A stretch of 64,000 nucleotides of DNA from an uncultured Bacilli bacterium (GCA_947632595.1 CANRPY010000002.1:23951-87950); one strand, 5' to 3'; positions 8,902 through 19,776 are shown, counted from the first letter of the stretch. Numbers and translations: made by a program. The notes: generated from the sequence alone by a model not told the origin.

Positions 8902-9981
8902 TTAGACATTTTGTTGGGTGTTTGTATAAGAGGCGATTCTTTTTAAGAGGGGTTTTTCTAAATATACCTTTTCTGGGGTTTGATAGGTATTTTTTAGTTC
9001 TGTTGAAAAATAAGGGATTGTATAGATTCCTTTTTCTTCTATATAGTTTAGATAATGAGTATAAGAGTCTTCTTCTGCCATTTCTTTTAAAAGTTCTCTT
9101 AGATAGTAATAGTATTCTATTTTTTCACGAGTCGGTTCTTTTTTATATTTATTGATAAAGAAATAGTCGGTATAAGATAACATCTTTTCTAATTGTTCTT
9201 TTCCTACTCTTCTTTCTTGTTTGTATTCTTGGAAGACGTTATTTACACTTTCCATAAAGGTTTTGGTCTCTTCTTTGGAGATTTTCTTTTCTAATTCTTT
9301 TTCTATATGACCTAGGTTGCCGTCGGTAAATGTTTCTAAGACTTTATCAGATCCTACCATTTCACAGAGTAGCTTTACCATAATTGTCTCATAAGGATAA
9401 GAAGATTCTTCTAAGAATGGTGTTTCCGATGCATACTCATCGGTTAATAGTTGAGTTGTTCCTTCTACGAAATAATCTGGTAAGTGAAATGTTCCATGAT
9501 TGTTATAGATACAGTGAATGATTTCATGAACCATTATTTTTGATGGTACCTCTTCTTTTCTTCTAAAAACATGGATTGTATTATCATAAGAAGAATAGAT
9601 GGCAATTGTGGAATCTTGGTATTGATTATTGCTTTCTCCATACGATATTCTTAAATCTTTTAGAGCAATTCCTGCAAGATCGGGGTTTAGATTAGGATTT
9701 TCTTTTAACATGTCTGCTAGATCATAAATCATGGCTTTTTCTGATTCATCTAAGTTTGGATTTTCCATGACATAGTAAAAGACTCTTGCCTTATCATTGG
9801 AATCGGTAGTAACAGGTGTTTTTTCTTCTACTTCTTCTAACATCGTTTGAAAGGCTTCGGTTGAAGTTGGGATTCCATATCTTATATGATAATCTTGATC
9901 CCCTAGTAATGAAATAGTCGTGGAGATTGTCAATGTTAGTAATCCAATTTTTCCAATTTGTTTTAACGTATTCTTTTTCAC
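8902..9981 (-). CDS. Secreted hypothetical protein with an HExxH metallopeptidase-like motif
   Basis: Signal-peptide-like N-terminus. Contains the motif HEIIH. Confidence 0.45.
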   Translation of the reverse strand: MKKNTLKQIGKIGLLTLTISTTISLLGDQDYHIRYGIPTSTEAFQTMLEEVEEKTPVTTDSNDKARVFYYVMENPNLDESEKAMIYDLADMLKENPNLNPDLAGIALKDLRISYGESNNQYQDSTIAIYSSYDNTIHVFRRKEEVPSKIMVHEIIHCIYNNHGTFHLPDYFVEGTTQLLTDEYASETPFLEESSYPYETIMVKLLCEMVGSDKVLETFTDGNLGHIEKELEKKISKEETKTFMESVNNVFQEYKQERRVGKEQLEKMLSYTDYFFINKYKKEPTREKIEYYYYLRELLKEMAEEDSYTHYLNYIEEKGIYTIPYFSTELKNTYQTPEKVYLEKPLLKRIASYTNTQQNV

Positions 9982-10030
9982 TTTCTATTATCCCCTTAAA
10001 AATTGGCTCTATTATATCATCTTTTTTACT

Positions 10031-10066
10031 TTTTTTCAAAAAAAAACTACAAAATTTGTAGTTTTA
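10031..10066 (-). terminator. Intrinsic terminator downstream of the glucosaminidase-like gene
   Basis: AAACUACAAA/UUUGUAGUUU hairpin followed by U9. Confidence 0.6.
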
Positions 10067-10753
10067 ACTATTTCTTATTTTATTTACAAACCAGTTAATG
10101 TGTCCTGCCCATTCATTTCCTTCGCAATATTTTGGTCCGATTGTCTCTGGTGTTGTTAGCCCTATTGCAAAGTAATTTCTAGATAGGTTGTCAATCATTC
10201 CTACTAAGCCTTCTTCTACTGTATCATATCGTTTGAATGATCCACCATTGCAGGAAGGGGAACCTTTTTGCCCTCCAAAGTTATTGCAGTTTCTTGCTAG
10301 ATTGGAACAAGAACTTCCACATCCCGTTTCTTGAAGAATAATGGCAACTGTAATGTAGGGATCTACTCCTTTGTTGATACACTCTGATGCGATTAATGCT
10401 CCTTGCCCTGCTACTTTATCATTTCCTAAATGTTGATTTAGTTTATTTGCTAATTCTTCTAGAGTCATTCCCTCATAGACTTCTACTCTTGGTGGAGTAA
10501 TGACAGAAGATGGGGTTACTTCCATTTCTACTTCTGTTAAGGAAAAAACAGGAGTATCTTCTTTTTCTGGTACAAGAGGATCTACTTCTTTTACAATCAT
10601 ATTTGCACTAGCAGCCATATTTCTAATATCAAAACCACTTGTCTCTGTTTTTTTATTGGTATTCATTTTTTCTTGTTGCAATACCAAACCAATACATATC
10701 ATGAAAATACCAAGTATTGATGTTAAAAAACTCATTTTTCTAAATCTCTTCAA
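10064..10753 (-). CDS. Peptidoglycan hydrolase, mannosyl-glycoprotein endo-beta-N-acetylglucosaminidase (GH73/FlgJ-like) family
   Basis: VAIILQETGCGSSCSNLARNCNNFGG resembles the glucosaminidase core. N-terminal TM anchor. Probable TTG start after the RBS AGGTGAGG. Confidence 0.6.
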   Translation of the reverse strand: MKRFRKMSFLTSILGIFMICIGLVLQQEKMNTNKKTETSGFDIRNMAASANMIVKEVDPLVPEKEDTPVFSLTEVEMEVTPSSVITPPRVEVYEGMTLEELANKLNQHLGNDKVAGQGALIASECINKGVDPYITVAIILQETGCGSSCSNLARNCNNFGGQKGSPSCNGGSFKRYDTVEEGLVGMIDNLSRNYFAIGLTTPETIGPKYCEGNEWAGHINWFVNKIRNS

Positions 10754-10820
10754 CGATCCTCACCTCATAGTTTCATGTCTATTCCTATTTTATAATATTG
10801 ATTCTTCTTTGTCAATTTGT

Positions 10821-10853
10821 TTGCCTACAAAAAAGCCTTGCATTTCGCAAGGA
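10821..10853 (-). terminator. Intrinsic terminator downstream of the 3D-domain gene
   Basis: CCUUGC-gaaau-GCAAGG hairpin followed by CUUUUUUGU. Confidence 0.55.
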
Positions 10854-10856
10854 TTT

Positions 10857-11468
10857 CTACCAATTTACATAGATATCGACTACTCCGTGAGCACATCCAC
10901 TATCATATACTTTTCCTGGTCCAAGAGAAGTTAGTACAAGAGAGCCCTTTGCTAAATAGCTAGGGTTTGCTGCCACACAAATGTAGCCTTCTTGGTCTCT
11001 AATCGTTCCATCTTCTGCCACATGTCTTCCTGGAATATTTAGCGTTGTTCCTGGTAACACTTTTTCGGAATAATAGGTTTCTTTGTGTCCATTAAAGTAG
11101 ATTGCTCCTTTACTTAGAGATAATCTATCTCCTGAATATGTGTATAGACCGGAATATTCTAGATAAAGTGTTTTGGCATGCATTGCACTTTCTCTTTCTT
11201 GAATACTCATTGCGTCATAAATTTCTACTGGCGTTTTTTCAACAGATGCAGGAGTCACTTGCATATCCACTGCTAGAAAGTTACTCATCTCTTCTTTTTT
11301 GGATGTTTTTTCTTCTTTCTTTTCTTCTGGCACTGCTAACTCTATTCCTGCTGCCATCTTTTTTATATCTAAAGTTTCCACTATCTTTTCTCTATTTATG
11401 AATAACATTGTAAGTACAAATGCCATTAATCCTAAAAGAGCACAATAGCGAATCACTCTTTTTTTCAT
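10857..11468 (-). CDS. 3D-domain (MltA/YuiC/YabE-like) cell-wall protein
   Basis: C-terminal GSLVLTSLGPGKVYDSGCAHGVVDIYVNW fits the 3D-domain pattern. Start reassigned to MKKRVIRY, preceded by the RBS GAGGTGA. Confidence 0.55.
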   Translation of the reverse strand: MKKRVIRYCALLGLMAFVLTMLFINREKIVETLDIKKMAAGIELAVPEEKKEEKTSKKEEMSNFLAVDMQVTPASVEKTPVEIYDAMSIQERESAMHAKTLYLEYSGLYTYSGDRLSLSKGAIYFNGHKETYYSEKVLPGTTLNIPGRHVAEDGTIRDQEGYICVAANPSYLAKGSLVLTSLGPGKVYDSGCAHGVVDIYVNW

Positions 11469-11632
11469 GATTTGTTTCACCTCGCAAAACTCGTTGCTAG
11501 AAGAAATTGTACAATATTTTTCTTGGGAAGTCAAATCACTGTTGCCACTCTATCCTATGCAACAAGAGCCTTGTTATATTATCTTCACTATACCACAGTT
11601 TTATCCTGTGATATAATATTCTTGGTGATTTT

Positions 11633-12364
11633 ATGAATGAGGTTGACACATTACTATCTTGGATTAAAGAGTCAAATAAAACTGTTTTCTTTGGAGGTGC
11701 AGGAGTTTCTACAGAGTCTGGTTTGAAAGACTTTAGAAGCAAAGACGGCCTTTATAATCAACAATATGACTATCCACCTGAAGAAATTTTATCTCATCAC
11801 TTTTTTGTCAAAGAGCCGGAGAAATTTTACAAATTTTACACTGACAAGTTGAATACAAATGGGTGTAAACCTAACATTACCCATATTGTACTTGCTGAAC
11901 TAGAAAAGATGGGAATGCTTTCTTCTGTTATTACCCAAAACATTGATGGATTTCATCAAGAAGCCGGTTCTTCTCATGTTTTAGAACTACATGGGTCAAT
12001 TCTCAGAAATCATTGCGTTAGCTGTCATAAGTTTTATGATGCATCTTATGTCTTTTCTCAAAAGGGCGTTCCTCACTGTGACTGTGGCGGAATCATAAAG
12101 CCAGATGTTGTTCTTTATGAAGAGAGTCTAGATTCTAATGTTATGAGAGAAGCTATTCATGAGATTTCTACTTGTGACTTACTAATCATTGGTGGAACGA
12201 GTCTTAGTGTCTACCCTGCTGCATCCTTTATTCAATACTTCCACGGAGGGCACATGGTTCTTATTAATCGAGATCACACACCATATGATCAAACTTGCGA
12301 TCTCGTTATCCATGACTCTTTAGGAAATGTTTTTCAGAAAATAAAAAAAGAAATTTGCAAATAA
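11633..12364 (+). CDS. cobB: NAD-dependent protein deacylase (Sir2/CobB family)
   Basis: GAGVSTESGLKDFRS. Zn-binding CxxC...CxxC (CVSCHK...CDCGG). 243 aa. Confidence 0.85.
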   Translation: MNEVDTLLSWIKESNKTVFFGGAGVSTESGLKDFRSKDGLYNQQYDYPPEEILSHHFFVKEPEKFYKFYTDKLNTNGCKPNITHIVLAELEKMGMLSSVITQNIDGFHQEAGSSHVLELHGSILRNHCVSCHKFYDASYVFSQKGVPHCDCGGIIKPDVVLYEESLDSNVMREAIHEISTCDLLIIGGTSLSVYPAASFIQYFHGGHMVLINRDHTPYDQTCDLVIHDSLGNVFQKIKKEICK

Positions 12365-12376
12365 TTTCTTTTTTTC

Positions 12377-12871
12377 TTATCTTATTTCTTCTATTTTTAC
12401 TTTTCCATCATAATCATTATAGTAGTAATACCAATTCTTTTTTATTTTTTCTCGAATCAAAATGTTATTTCCTTCTCCTGTTTCTTCTTTTTCATCATAT
12501 ATTACGAATTCTTTTTCTCCATAGATTGTAGAATCTTCTGAATAAATAAGTCCTATGGTTTGGCCACCAAGGAATCCTTGTGCTTTGATATCAAACTGTA
12601 CATAGGAAGCTTGCTCCAGGTGATTTTCTTTCTCATAGGAAGCATATCCTATTTTTTTGTATGGATTTTTCTTAGAGGATTTCGTTTTTAATAACTCTTT
12701 TGCTATTTTTTCAAGATCTTTTTCATTTTCTTTTAAATAAGTTCTTATATATTCTTTTCCACTATCGTAAGTAAAGTCTTTCGTAATTCTGTGTAAAAAG
12801 AATATATATCCTATTATTCCTATTATTACAACAATGGCAGTAATTATTATGATAATCCTTGTTTTCTTCAT
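12377..12871 (-). CDS. Hypothetical single-TM protein
   Basis: N-terminal TM helix IIIITAIVVIIGIIGYIFF. No other motif. Confidence 0.45.
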   Translation of the reverse strand: MKKTRIIIIITAIVVIIGIIGYIFFLHRITKDFTYDSGKEYIRTYLKENEKDLEKIAKELLKTKSSKKNPYKKIGYASYEKENHLEQASYVQFDIKAQGFLGGQTIGLIYSEDSTIYGEKEFVIYDEKEETGEGNNILIREKIKKNWYYYYNDYDGKVKIEEIR

Positions 12872-12885
12872 ATTATTTCCTTCTT

Positions 12886-14463
12886 TTAATTTAATTTAAA
12901 TGTTCTTGGGGCAATTTTATAGACTAGGGTTAAAGCAAGTGGGATATAGATTATGACAAATAGAATGCCTAATACCGATAAGATTTCTGCTGATAAAACA
13001 AAGTCTACTAAAAAGTAACTTATTAAATATGTTCCTAATGTTACAAAGGAATAACTTGCTTTTTTGACTTCCATTTCTTTATTAAATGGTTGTAGTAGAT
13101 AGTAAATTACTAAGTAATGGACCGAGAAGAAGATACTTAAACATATGATAAATAAGAATGTCGTGATATGAGTTGTTATACTAATAGGAGTATTTGATAA
13201 ACTATATAAAATAGAGTTTCCTATTCCAATTACTAGGGCAGGTAATAGATTTACTTTTACTACGGTTTGTAGTCTTTTCTTAAATAATTCTAATATGATT
13301 TTTGGTTCTCTATAAAAGTTAAATCTTAACATGGCGTGGTCACAGTTAAAAAACATTGCTTGGGTAATAATTGCTCCTCTATTGATAAAAAACATAATCA
13401 TTACAAAACAAGAAAGATGTAGTTGAAGGAAGTTTGTGGCACTCTCATTATACTTTGTATACTTCCACATGAGATATGCTACTACTATATAGATGATTCC
13501 TAGAACCCATGAATATTTTTTGGCACTTCTAAGTAAAATTTCTTTGTGTCTTTCAAAGAAAATGGTATTAAAGAAATCATATCCTTCCTTTTTCTCAATT
13601 ATTTTTTTATCAATTACTTTATCCTTTTCTGTTACATCTACCATAGCTTGTTTTAAATAATCTTTTTCATTTTTAGAATCCATGACATTGGTCATTTGAC
13701 TTAATCTTTTATAGATTAATTTATAGTCTTTTATTTTCATTAAATACATAAAAGATAATGTTCCTGTTATCGAGAAGATTACTGTTGCGATTAGCATGAT
13801 TCTAAAAGGAATTAAGACATCGATTAAAGGTAAGAAGCATGCTGCTAGATGAAGGATTAATATTGGAAAATATAGAGCACTGTTACTATACCATATGTAA
13901 TTATATTTTCTTAAATATAAAATATTTAGAGCTTCTCCTGTTAGTCTTACCATAAGAGTATATAGGATTAAGATTGGGGTATAGATAATCGAAGGAGATA
14001 CTAAGAAGATATTTACAAATAAGAAAATACAGATTGTATTCATGATGGTTGATGTGAAAAGATTCCAAAATAGATTTGCCCTAAAAAAAGAGGTGGCATC
14101 CATTTGAAATACTAATAAAGAAAAATATTTCTTTTTACTGGTATTTAATAATTTATTATTAATAAACATTCCTAATAATGTTAATACAAAATATATGTGA
14201 AAAAAAGAACGAACTACATTATCAGGAAACATTCTATAACATATAAATAAGATAACAAAGAAGTACATAAACTTTAAAAAGATAGCTCTTGCCATAGAAA
14301 ATAAGATTCCTATTATGCCTACTACTTTTTTTAATGTTTTACTTTTATAGATATCTTCTGTCATTAAATCTTTTAAAATTGGTAATTTTCTTAGAACATA
14401 GAGAAAAGAATTTACAGAATAAGCAATATCTATTTGTAATGTTTTTCCTAAAGCATTAATCAT
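12886..14463 (-). CDS. Polytopic membrane protein, putative ABC transporter permease partner
   Basis: 525 aa with more than 10 hydrophobic helices. Overlaps the upstream ABC ATPase gene by 8 nt. Confidence 0.5.
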   Translation of the reverse strand: MINALGKTLQIDIAYSVNSFLYVLRKLPILKDLMTEDIYKSKTLKKVVGIIGILFSMARAIFLKFMYFFVILFICYRMFPDNVVRSFFHIYFVLTLLGMFINNKLLNTSKKKYFSLLVFQMDATSFFRANLFWNLFTSTIMNTICIFLFVNIFLVSPSIIYTPILILYTLMVRLTGEALNILYLRKYNYIWYSNSALYFPILILHLAACFLPLIDVLIPFRIMLIATVIFSITGTLSFMYLMKIKDYKLIYKRLSQMTNVMDSKNEKDYLKQAMVDVTEKDKVIDKKIIEKKEGYDFFNTIFFERHKEILLRSAKKYSWVLGIIYIVVAYLMWKYTKYNESATNFLQLHLSCFVMIMFFINRGAIITQAMFFNCDHAMLRFNFYREPKIILELFKKRLQTVVKVNLLPALVIGIGNSILYSLSNTPISITTHITTFLFIICLSIFFSVHYLVIYYLLQPFNKEMEVKKASYSFVTLGTYLISYFLVDFVLSAEILSVLGILFVIIYIPLALTLVYKIAPRTFKLN

Positions 14464-15166
14464 TTTCTTCTTCTTCCTTTAAGATTTCAATGATTTTTTC
14501 TTTGTACTTATTAGAATTTAAATCCTTCTTTTCTATTAATTCTAAATTTTTATTACTTAACACTACAATTTCATCGCATAGATCGGTTGCGAGTTCTAGG
14601 ATATGGGTTGAGAAGATAATAATATGATTTTGCTTTAAAGATAATAATAGTTTTTTCATTTCTTCTTGAACGACAATATCTAGGGAAGTTAATGGTTCAT
14701 CTAAAAGGATAATTTTGGGATTTGAAATTACGTTTACTAAGATTTGGATTTTATTTTTCATACCATGAGAATATTCTTTTAATAAAATATCTTGGTCTTC
14801 TCTTTTTAATTTTACTAAATCAAAGTATTCATCGATTCCTTTTAAATCTTTTATTTTCTCTTTATTAATGTCTAGATAGAATTTTAGAAATTCTCTTCCT
14901 GTTAAAAATTCTGGTACTACAGGAGTAGATACTACATAACCAATATCTTTGGTTTCTAATTTTCTTTTTCCATATTCATCTTCTAAGTAAAAACTTCCTT
15001 GATCAATTGGAATGTCATTATTTAGGGCATTAAAGAATGTTGTTTTTCCTGCTCCATTTCTACCTAGTAAACCATATATTTTTCCTTCTTCAAACGTAAA
15101 AGATATGTCTTTTAATACTTCTTTTTTTCCATAATTTTTTTCTAAGTTATTTACTTCGAGTTTCAT
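14456..15166 (-). CDS. ABC transporter ATP-binding protein
   Basis: Walker A GRNGAGKTT. Signature-like YSHGMKNKI. Walker B ILLDEP. Confidence 0.8.
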   Translation of the reverse strand: MKLEVNNLEKNYGKKEVLKDISFTFEEGKIYGLLGRNGAGKTTFFNALNNDIPIDQGSFYLEDEYGKRKLETKDIGYVVSTPVVPEFLTGREFLKFYLDINKEKIKDLKGIDEYFDLVKLKREDQDILLKEYSHGMKNKIQILVNVISNPKIILLDEPLTSLDIVVQEEMKKLLLSLKQNHIIIFSTHILELATDLCDEIVVLSNKNLELIEKKDLNSNKYKEKIIEILKEEEEND

Positions 15167-15178
15167 ATCATCACTCCA

Positions 15179-15445
15179 TTAGTCTAATTCTTTTTGTAAT
15201 AATTTTAATAAAAAGTCTCTTGTCTCTTCTTTTTCTTCTTTCTTGATTTCTGTACATAGTTCTTTTATTTTTTGTTTTTTCTCTTCTGGTAAATTCATAT
15301 ATTCTAATTTTTCTTCAAATTGTTCTATGCTTTCTTCTAAAGACTCTTCTTCATCCATTTCTATCATCATCGTTTGCATTCTGGTTGTTCTTTCTCTTTC
15401 TTCTTCGTCCATATACTTCTCCTTTCTATCTCCTAAATTGTTCAA
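15179..15445 (-). CDS. Small acidic coiled-coil protein
   Basis: 88 aa, Glu-rich. First gene of the ABC operon. Start may be an internal Met. Confidence 0.35.
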   Translation of the reverse strand: MNNLGDRKEKYMDEEERERTTRMQTMMIEMDEEESLEESIEQFEEKLEYMNLPEEKKQKIKELCTEIKKEEKEETRDFLLKLLQKELD

Positions 15446-16409
15446 TTTTTCCTTTTTTATTCTGGTAAGTTATTTTGGCATAACTTCCGTTTACTAATGT
15501 CATTTTAGGGGCAACATGTCCAATATCGGCATCTAAAATGAAAGGGATTCCCGGGAAGTTTTCTTGTATGGCTCTTTCATACGTCATAGAGGTATATCCT
15601 CCTGGGTATGCCACTCTTCCTACTATGATTGCTTTTAGATATTGGAACCACCCTGCTTCTTTCATTTGAAATAACGTTAGATAGAAGTCATCTGTTGTCA
15701 TTGTAAAAACATCTAAATACCAAATGATTCCCTCTTCTTTGTATTTTTCAATAAACTCTTTTGTATAGTCATATTTTGTTCCTAGTAAGTAACGAAGGGC
15801 GTCTAGGCATCCTCCTAGTAATCTACCTTCACATTCTATTTTTTCATAAGGAGATTCCCACTCTACTTTTTCGGTTAAGTGATAGGATCCTTCTACTCTT
15901 CCTTCTCTATCTTTTTCATAGAGAGGATAGCTTTCTTGGGGAAGAAAATTTCCTTTTAAATATTCGATTGCTGTTTGTTGGGCAGGATGCAGAGTCTTCG
16001 CATCAAAGCTTCCTGCATTATGTCCATACATGGTAGCGATGTCATACTTTGTTGTGATGTAGTACAAAAGATTGGTTGGATCACTTGCTCCCATTACCCA
16101 TTTTGCACCTGTTAACTCTTTTTCAGATAAAGATGGCAACATGTCAGTTAGAAATTCTCCTCCTGTTGCGCATAGAATGGCATCTACTTTTGGATTTTCC
16201 CAGCATTCCCAAAATTCTTTTGTTCTTTCTTCTTTCGTTGATGATACTTCTTCTTCGGAACGAACATTTTCTGTTTCTAGTATTTGCCAATGATTCTTTT
16301 TTAACGTATCGAGTGACTTTTCATATTCTTCTATGTATTTTCCTACTCCCGCAGAAGGAGCTGTAATACCAATACATGAATTTTCTTTTAAGAAATTAGG
16401 ATATTTCAT
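15426..16409 (-). CDS. LD-carboxypeptidase (peptidase S66, LdcA/MccF-like)
   Basis: GASDPTNLLYYITTKYDIATMYGHNA aligns with the S66 nucleophile region (GYSDITAL). 327 aa. Confidence 0.6.
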   Translation of the reverse strand: MKYPNFLKENSCIGITAPSAGVGKYIEEYEKSLDTLKKNHWQILETENVRSEEEVSSTKEERTKEFWECWENPKVDAILCATGGEFLTDMLPSLSEKELTGAKWVMGASDPTNLLYYITTKYDIATMYGHNAGSFDAKTLHPAQQTAIEYLKGNFLPQESYPLYEKDREGRVEGSYHLTEKVEWESPYEKIECEGRLLGGCLDALRYLLGTKYDYTKEFIEKYKEEGIIWYLDVFTMTTDDFYLTLFQMKEAGWFQYLKAIIVGRVAYPGGYTSMTYERAIQENFPGIPFILDADIGHVAPKMTLVNGSYAKITYQNKKGKIEQFRR

Positions 16410-17154
16410 CTTCTTTCTCCTTCTTTTCTTCTTCCTCTTCTATCTCTTCTTTTTTCTTACTTGTTTTCTTTTTTTCTTCTTTAGAAGAGCTCTCTTTTTG
16501 GATGATTTTCATTATTCTTGCGATTACACAGTAAATTAAATAAATAATGACTCCTGTTACGATTAAGAAAAGGGCTGGACTAATGATGGCATTTAATGTA
16601 ATTTCACTCGTTTCCATTGCTTTTTGTAGATAATCTCTTATCCATACACCAGATCCATATAATAGACCTCCACTTAATACAAGAGAGTAACATGCGTTTT
16701 TTATCCATTTAAAGATTGATTTTTGACAAAGCATAATTATGATGATTTCTAATCCCATGAGGATGATTAAAATTCCTTTTAGTTTCGTGTTTTGTAAAAA
16801 TTGAAAGAATTTCCAAGCAAAGTATTCAGCTTTTCCTCTTTGTTTAAATTCTTCTTCTATTTTTTCTTCAATATCTGCTTTTCCTTCTTCTATCTTTTCT
16901 TCTATTTTTTCTTTTGAAATTTCAATTCCTGTTTTCTCTTTGATTTTATCTAATAATTCTTGATTGTTTAATAATTCACTAATCTCATCACTTGCTTCTT
17001 CTACTGTTTGTAGAGTCTCTTCTGGTATATATTTTTTTATTGCGGCATCTATAATTTCTTTGGTTACTGTTTTTATAGAAAGCGTTAATACTAACAAAAT
17101 CATTAGAATAGAAAGTGTTATGGTTGCGGTTAGTGTTTTGATTATTTTTCCCAT
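16396..17154 (-). CDS. Hypothetical membrane protein with a Lys/Glu-rich C-terminal tail
   Basis: TM helices plus a coiled-coil segment and a charged tail. Confidence 0.45.
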   Translation of the reverse strand: MGKIIKTLTATITLSILMILLVLTLSIKTVTKEIIDAAIKKYIPEETLQTVEEASDEISELLNNQELLDKIKEKTGIEISKEKIEEKIEEGKADIEEKIEEEFKQRGKAEYFAWKFFQFLQNTKLKGILIILMGLEIIIIMLCQKSIFKWIKNACYSLVLSGGLLYGSGVWIRDYLQKAMETSEITLNAIISPALFLIVTGVIIYLIYCVIARIMKIIQKESSSKEEKKKTSKKKEEIEEEEEKKEKEDEIS

Positions 17155-17201
17155 ATTTTCCTCCTCCTTCTTATTATACCATAAGAAAAGAAGAAAACCT
17201 T

Positions 17202-19304
17202 CTAGATTCTCTTCTTCACAACAAATTTCTGATTTACGTAGTTTACTACTACTGTATCATGTTCTTGTAGAGCACCTTCTATTAGTAATTTGGATAGATC
17301 TACTTCTATCGTTTTTCCTACTAATCTTTTTAATGGTCTTGCTCCAAAATTACTATCGTATCCTTCTTCTATGAATTCTTCTCTTGCTGCAGGTGTGACT
17401 TCTATCTTAATATCTAAGTCTTTTAGACGCATTTCTATTTCTTGGATGATTTTATCTAAGATTTCATTGGTTGCTTCTTTCGATAAGGTATTGAAGACTA
17501 TGATTTCATCAATACGATTGATAAACTCTGGACGGAAGGATTGTTTTACTTCTTCTAAGACTGCTTCTTTTTTGTTTTCAAGAACTAAGTCACTTCCAAT
17601 ATTAGATGTCATAATAATAATCGTATTTTTAAAGTCTACGGTTCTTCCGTTTGAGTCAGTTACTCTTCCATCGTCTAAGATTTGTAATAATAAATTTAGA
17701 ACTTCTGGATGCGCTTTTTCTATTTCATCAAATAGGACAATACTATAGGGATTTCTTCTTACCGCTTCTGTTAATTGTCCTCCTTCTTCATAACCGACAT
17801 ATCCTGGAGGGGAACCAATTAATCTTGAAACACTAAATTTTTCCATATACTCTGACATATCAATTCTTACCATATGACGTTCATCATCAAATAATTCATA
17901 GGCAAGTGTTCTGGCAACTTCTGTTTTTCCTACTCCTGTTGGACCTAAGAACATAAAAGAGGCGATTGGTCGATTTGGATCTTTAATTCCACTTCTTGAT
18001 TTTAGAATGGCTTCACTTACGACTTTTAATACTTCTTCTTGTCCTTTTACTCTTTTTTTCATATCTTCTTCTAAGTGAAGAAGTTTTTCTTTTTCAGATT
18101 CTAGTAATTTTGTTACTGGAATATTCGTCCATTTTGCGATAATCTTACAAATATCATTATCGGTTACTGTGTCACTTAATAATTTATTTTTCTCTACTTT
18201 ATTTAACTCTTCTAATTCTTTTTCTGCTTTTGGAATTTCTCCATGACGTAGAATAGCAGCTCGTTCTAGATCATACTTGTTTTCTGCCTGATCTAGTTCA
18301 AATCGTAATTGTTCTAGTTGTTTTTTCTTTTTACTGATTTGGTTGTTGATGTCTTTTTCTTTTTCCCATGCTTCTGTTAATTCTTTTTCTCTTGCTTTCA
18401 TGGATTCTAGTTCTCTATCAATATCATGTCTACGATTGATGGATAACTCATCTTTTTCTTTTTTGATGGCTTCTTTTTCAATTTCTAGACGCATGATTCT
18501 ATGGGTTAAGCTATCTAGTTCAAAAGGAACAGAGTCCATTTGTACACGAATGGTTGCGCATGCTTCATCTACAAGATCAATTGCTTTATCTGGTAGGTAT
18601 CGATCGGTAATGTAGCGATTCGATAAGGTTGCTGCAGAAATTAAGGCTTTATCTTGTATCGTTACTCCATGATGAATTTCAAAACGTTCTTTTAATCCTC
18701 TTAGTATCGTTATCGTGTCTTCTACATTCGGTTGTTCTACTTTGATTTTTTGAAAACGTCTTTCTAGGGCTCCATCTTTTTCAATATATTTTCGATACTC
18801 ATTTAGTGTGGTTGCTCCTATTACATGAATTTCTCCTCTTGCAAGCATTGGTTTTAAAATATTGGAAGTATCCATAGATCCTTCGGTAGCTCCGGTTCCT
18901 ACTATCATGTGAATTTCATCAATAAACATGATAATGTCTCCTTCGCTTTTTTTCACTTCATTTAAGACATTCTTTAATCTCTCTTCGAATTCTCCACGGT
19001 ATTTTGCTCCGGCAACTAAAGAAGCCATATCTAGTTCCCAAATCTTTTTGTTTTTTAGAGAATTTGGAACATCTCCTTTTAGAATTCTTAGTGCTAAGCC
19101 TTCTACAATTGCTGTTTTTCCAACACCTGGTTCTCCGATTAGTACGGGATTATTCTTTGTTTTTCTTGATAAAATTCTTGTGATACTTCTAATTTCTTCA
19201 TCTCTACCAATCACGGGATCTATTTTTCCATTCTTGGCATCTTCTACTATGTCCCTTCCATATTTTTCTAAGACATTTTCTTCTTGTTCTTCTGTGTTAT
19301 ACAT
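17202..19304 (-). CDS. clpB: ATP-dependent chaperone ClpB (two AAA+ domains, long M-domain, no N-domain)
   Basis: Hsp100 D1 signature [40 protein letters not shown], a long coiled-coil middle domain and a D2 with GPTGVGKTE. Start reassigned to MYNTEEQ, preceded by the RBS GAGGGG. Confidence 0.85.
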   Translation of the reverse strand: MYNTEEQEENVLEKYGRDIVEDAKNGKIDPVIGRDEEIRSITRILSRKTKNNPVLIGEPGVGKTAIVEGLALRILKGDVPNSLKNKKIWELDMASLVAGAKYRGEFEERLKNVLNEVKKSEGDIIMFIDEIHMIVGTGATEGSMDTSNILKPMLARGEIHVIGATTLNEYRKYIEKDGALERRFQKIKVEQPNVEDTITILRGLKERFEIHHGVTIQDKALISAATLSNRYITDRYLPDKAIDLVDEACATIRVQMDSVPFELDSLTHRIMRLEIEKEAIKKEKDELSINRRHDIDRELESMKAREKELTEAWEKEKDINNQISKKKKQLEQLRFELDQAENKYDLERAAILRHGEIPKAEKELEELNKVEKNKLLSDTVTDNDICKIIAKWTNIPVTKLLESEKEKLLHLEEDMKKRVKGQEEVLKVVSEAILKSRSGIKDPNRPIASFMFLGPTGVGKTEVARTLAYELFDDERHMVRIDMSEYMEKFSVSRLIGSPPGYVGYEEGGQLTEAVRRNPYSIVLFDEIEKAHPEVLNLLLQILDDGRVTDSNGRTVDFKNTIIIMTSNIGSDLVLENKKEAVLEEVKQSFRPEFINRIDEIIVFNTLSKEATNEILDKIIQEIEMRLKDLDIKIEVTPAAREEFIEEGYDSNFGARPLKRLVGKTIEVDLSKLLIEGALQEHDTVVVNYVNQKFVVKKRI

Positions 19305-19339
19305 AATATCACCCCTCAATTGTTCATTATACTCACTTT

Positions 19340-19366
19340 TTAGCACTTGTCAATATAGAGTGCTAA
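19340..19366. promoter_or_regulatory. CIRCE element (HrcA operator) overlapping the clpB promoter
   Basis: TTAGCACTT-N9-GAGTGCTAA against the consensus TTAGCACTC-N9-GAGTGCTAA. On the minus strand the N9 spacer contains TTGACA, followed 16 nt later by TATAAT. Confidence 0.75.
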
Positions 19367-19372
19367 TTCTTT

Positions 19373-19402
19373 TTCAAAAAAAGAAGAAGTTCCTACTTCT
19401 TC
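19373..19402 (-). terminator. Intrinsic terminator downstream of the 19393-19776 gene
   Basis: GAAGAAGU-agga-ACUUCUUC hairpin followed by U7. Confidence 0.55.
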
Positions 19403-19776
19403 AATAAAACCTTTTGATAAAAATCTTCCGGATGTTCTCCTCGATACGTTATTTTCGTTCCTCCTCTTATTAAGGCAAGAACTTGTCCATCTTCTTCTGG
19501 AAAAGGAATTATGTTTCCTTCTTTTTGCAAACGAGAGAGAAACCTTCTTAATTTTTTGGTTTGATCTACATTCATTCTTAATGCTCTATAGTAAAAGGAT
19601 GCTTGCTCTACACTATTTTTTTCTTTTGATTCTTTTACTACTTCGTCTTCTTTTAGGTACTGTGTTCTATATTTATACCCAAATTGATTTTTACCAGAAT
19701 CTATTGCATACGCCATAGTATCTTTTTCAAAATCAAACACTTCTACATGCACTACTTTACGCAGCCCACTTGTCAT
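19393..19776 (-). CDS. Hypothetical protein
   Basis: 127-aa ORF with no motif. Confidence 0.4.
   Translation of the reverse strand: MTSGLRKVVHVEVFDFEKDTMAYAIDSGKNQFGYKYRTQYLKEDEVVKESKEKNSVEQASFYYRALRMNVDQTKKLRRFLSRLQKEGNIIPFPEEDGQVLALIRGGTKITYRGEHPEDFYQKVLLKK

Noticed and set aside
9794-10039. 81-aa minus-strand ORF overlapping the 5' end of the HExxH protein gene
   Set aside because: It is a same-strand overlapping alternate frame, with no RBS and low-complexity sequence.
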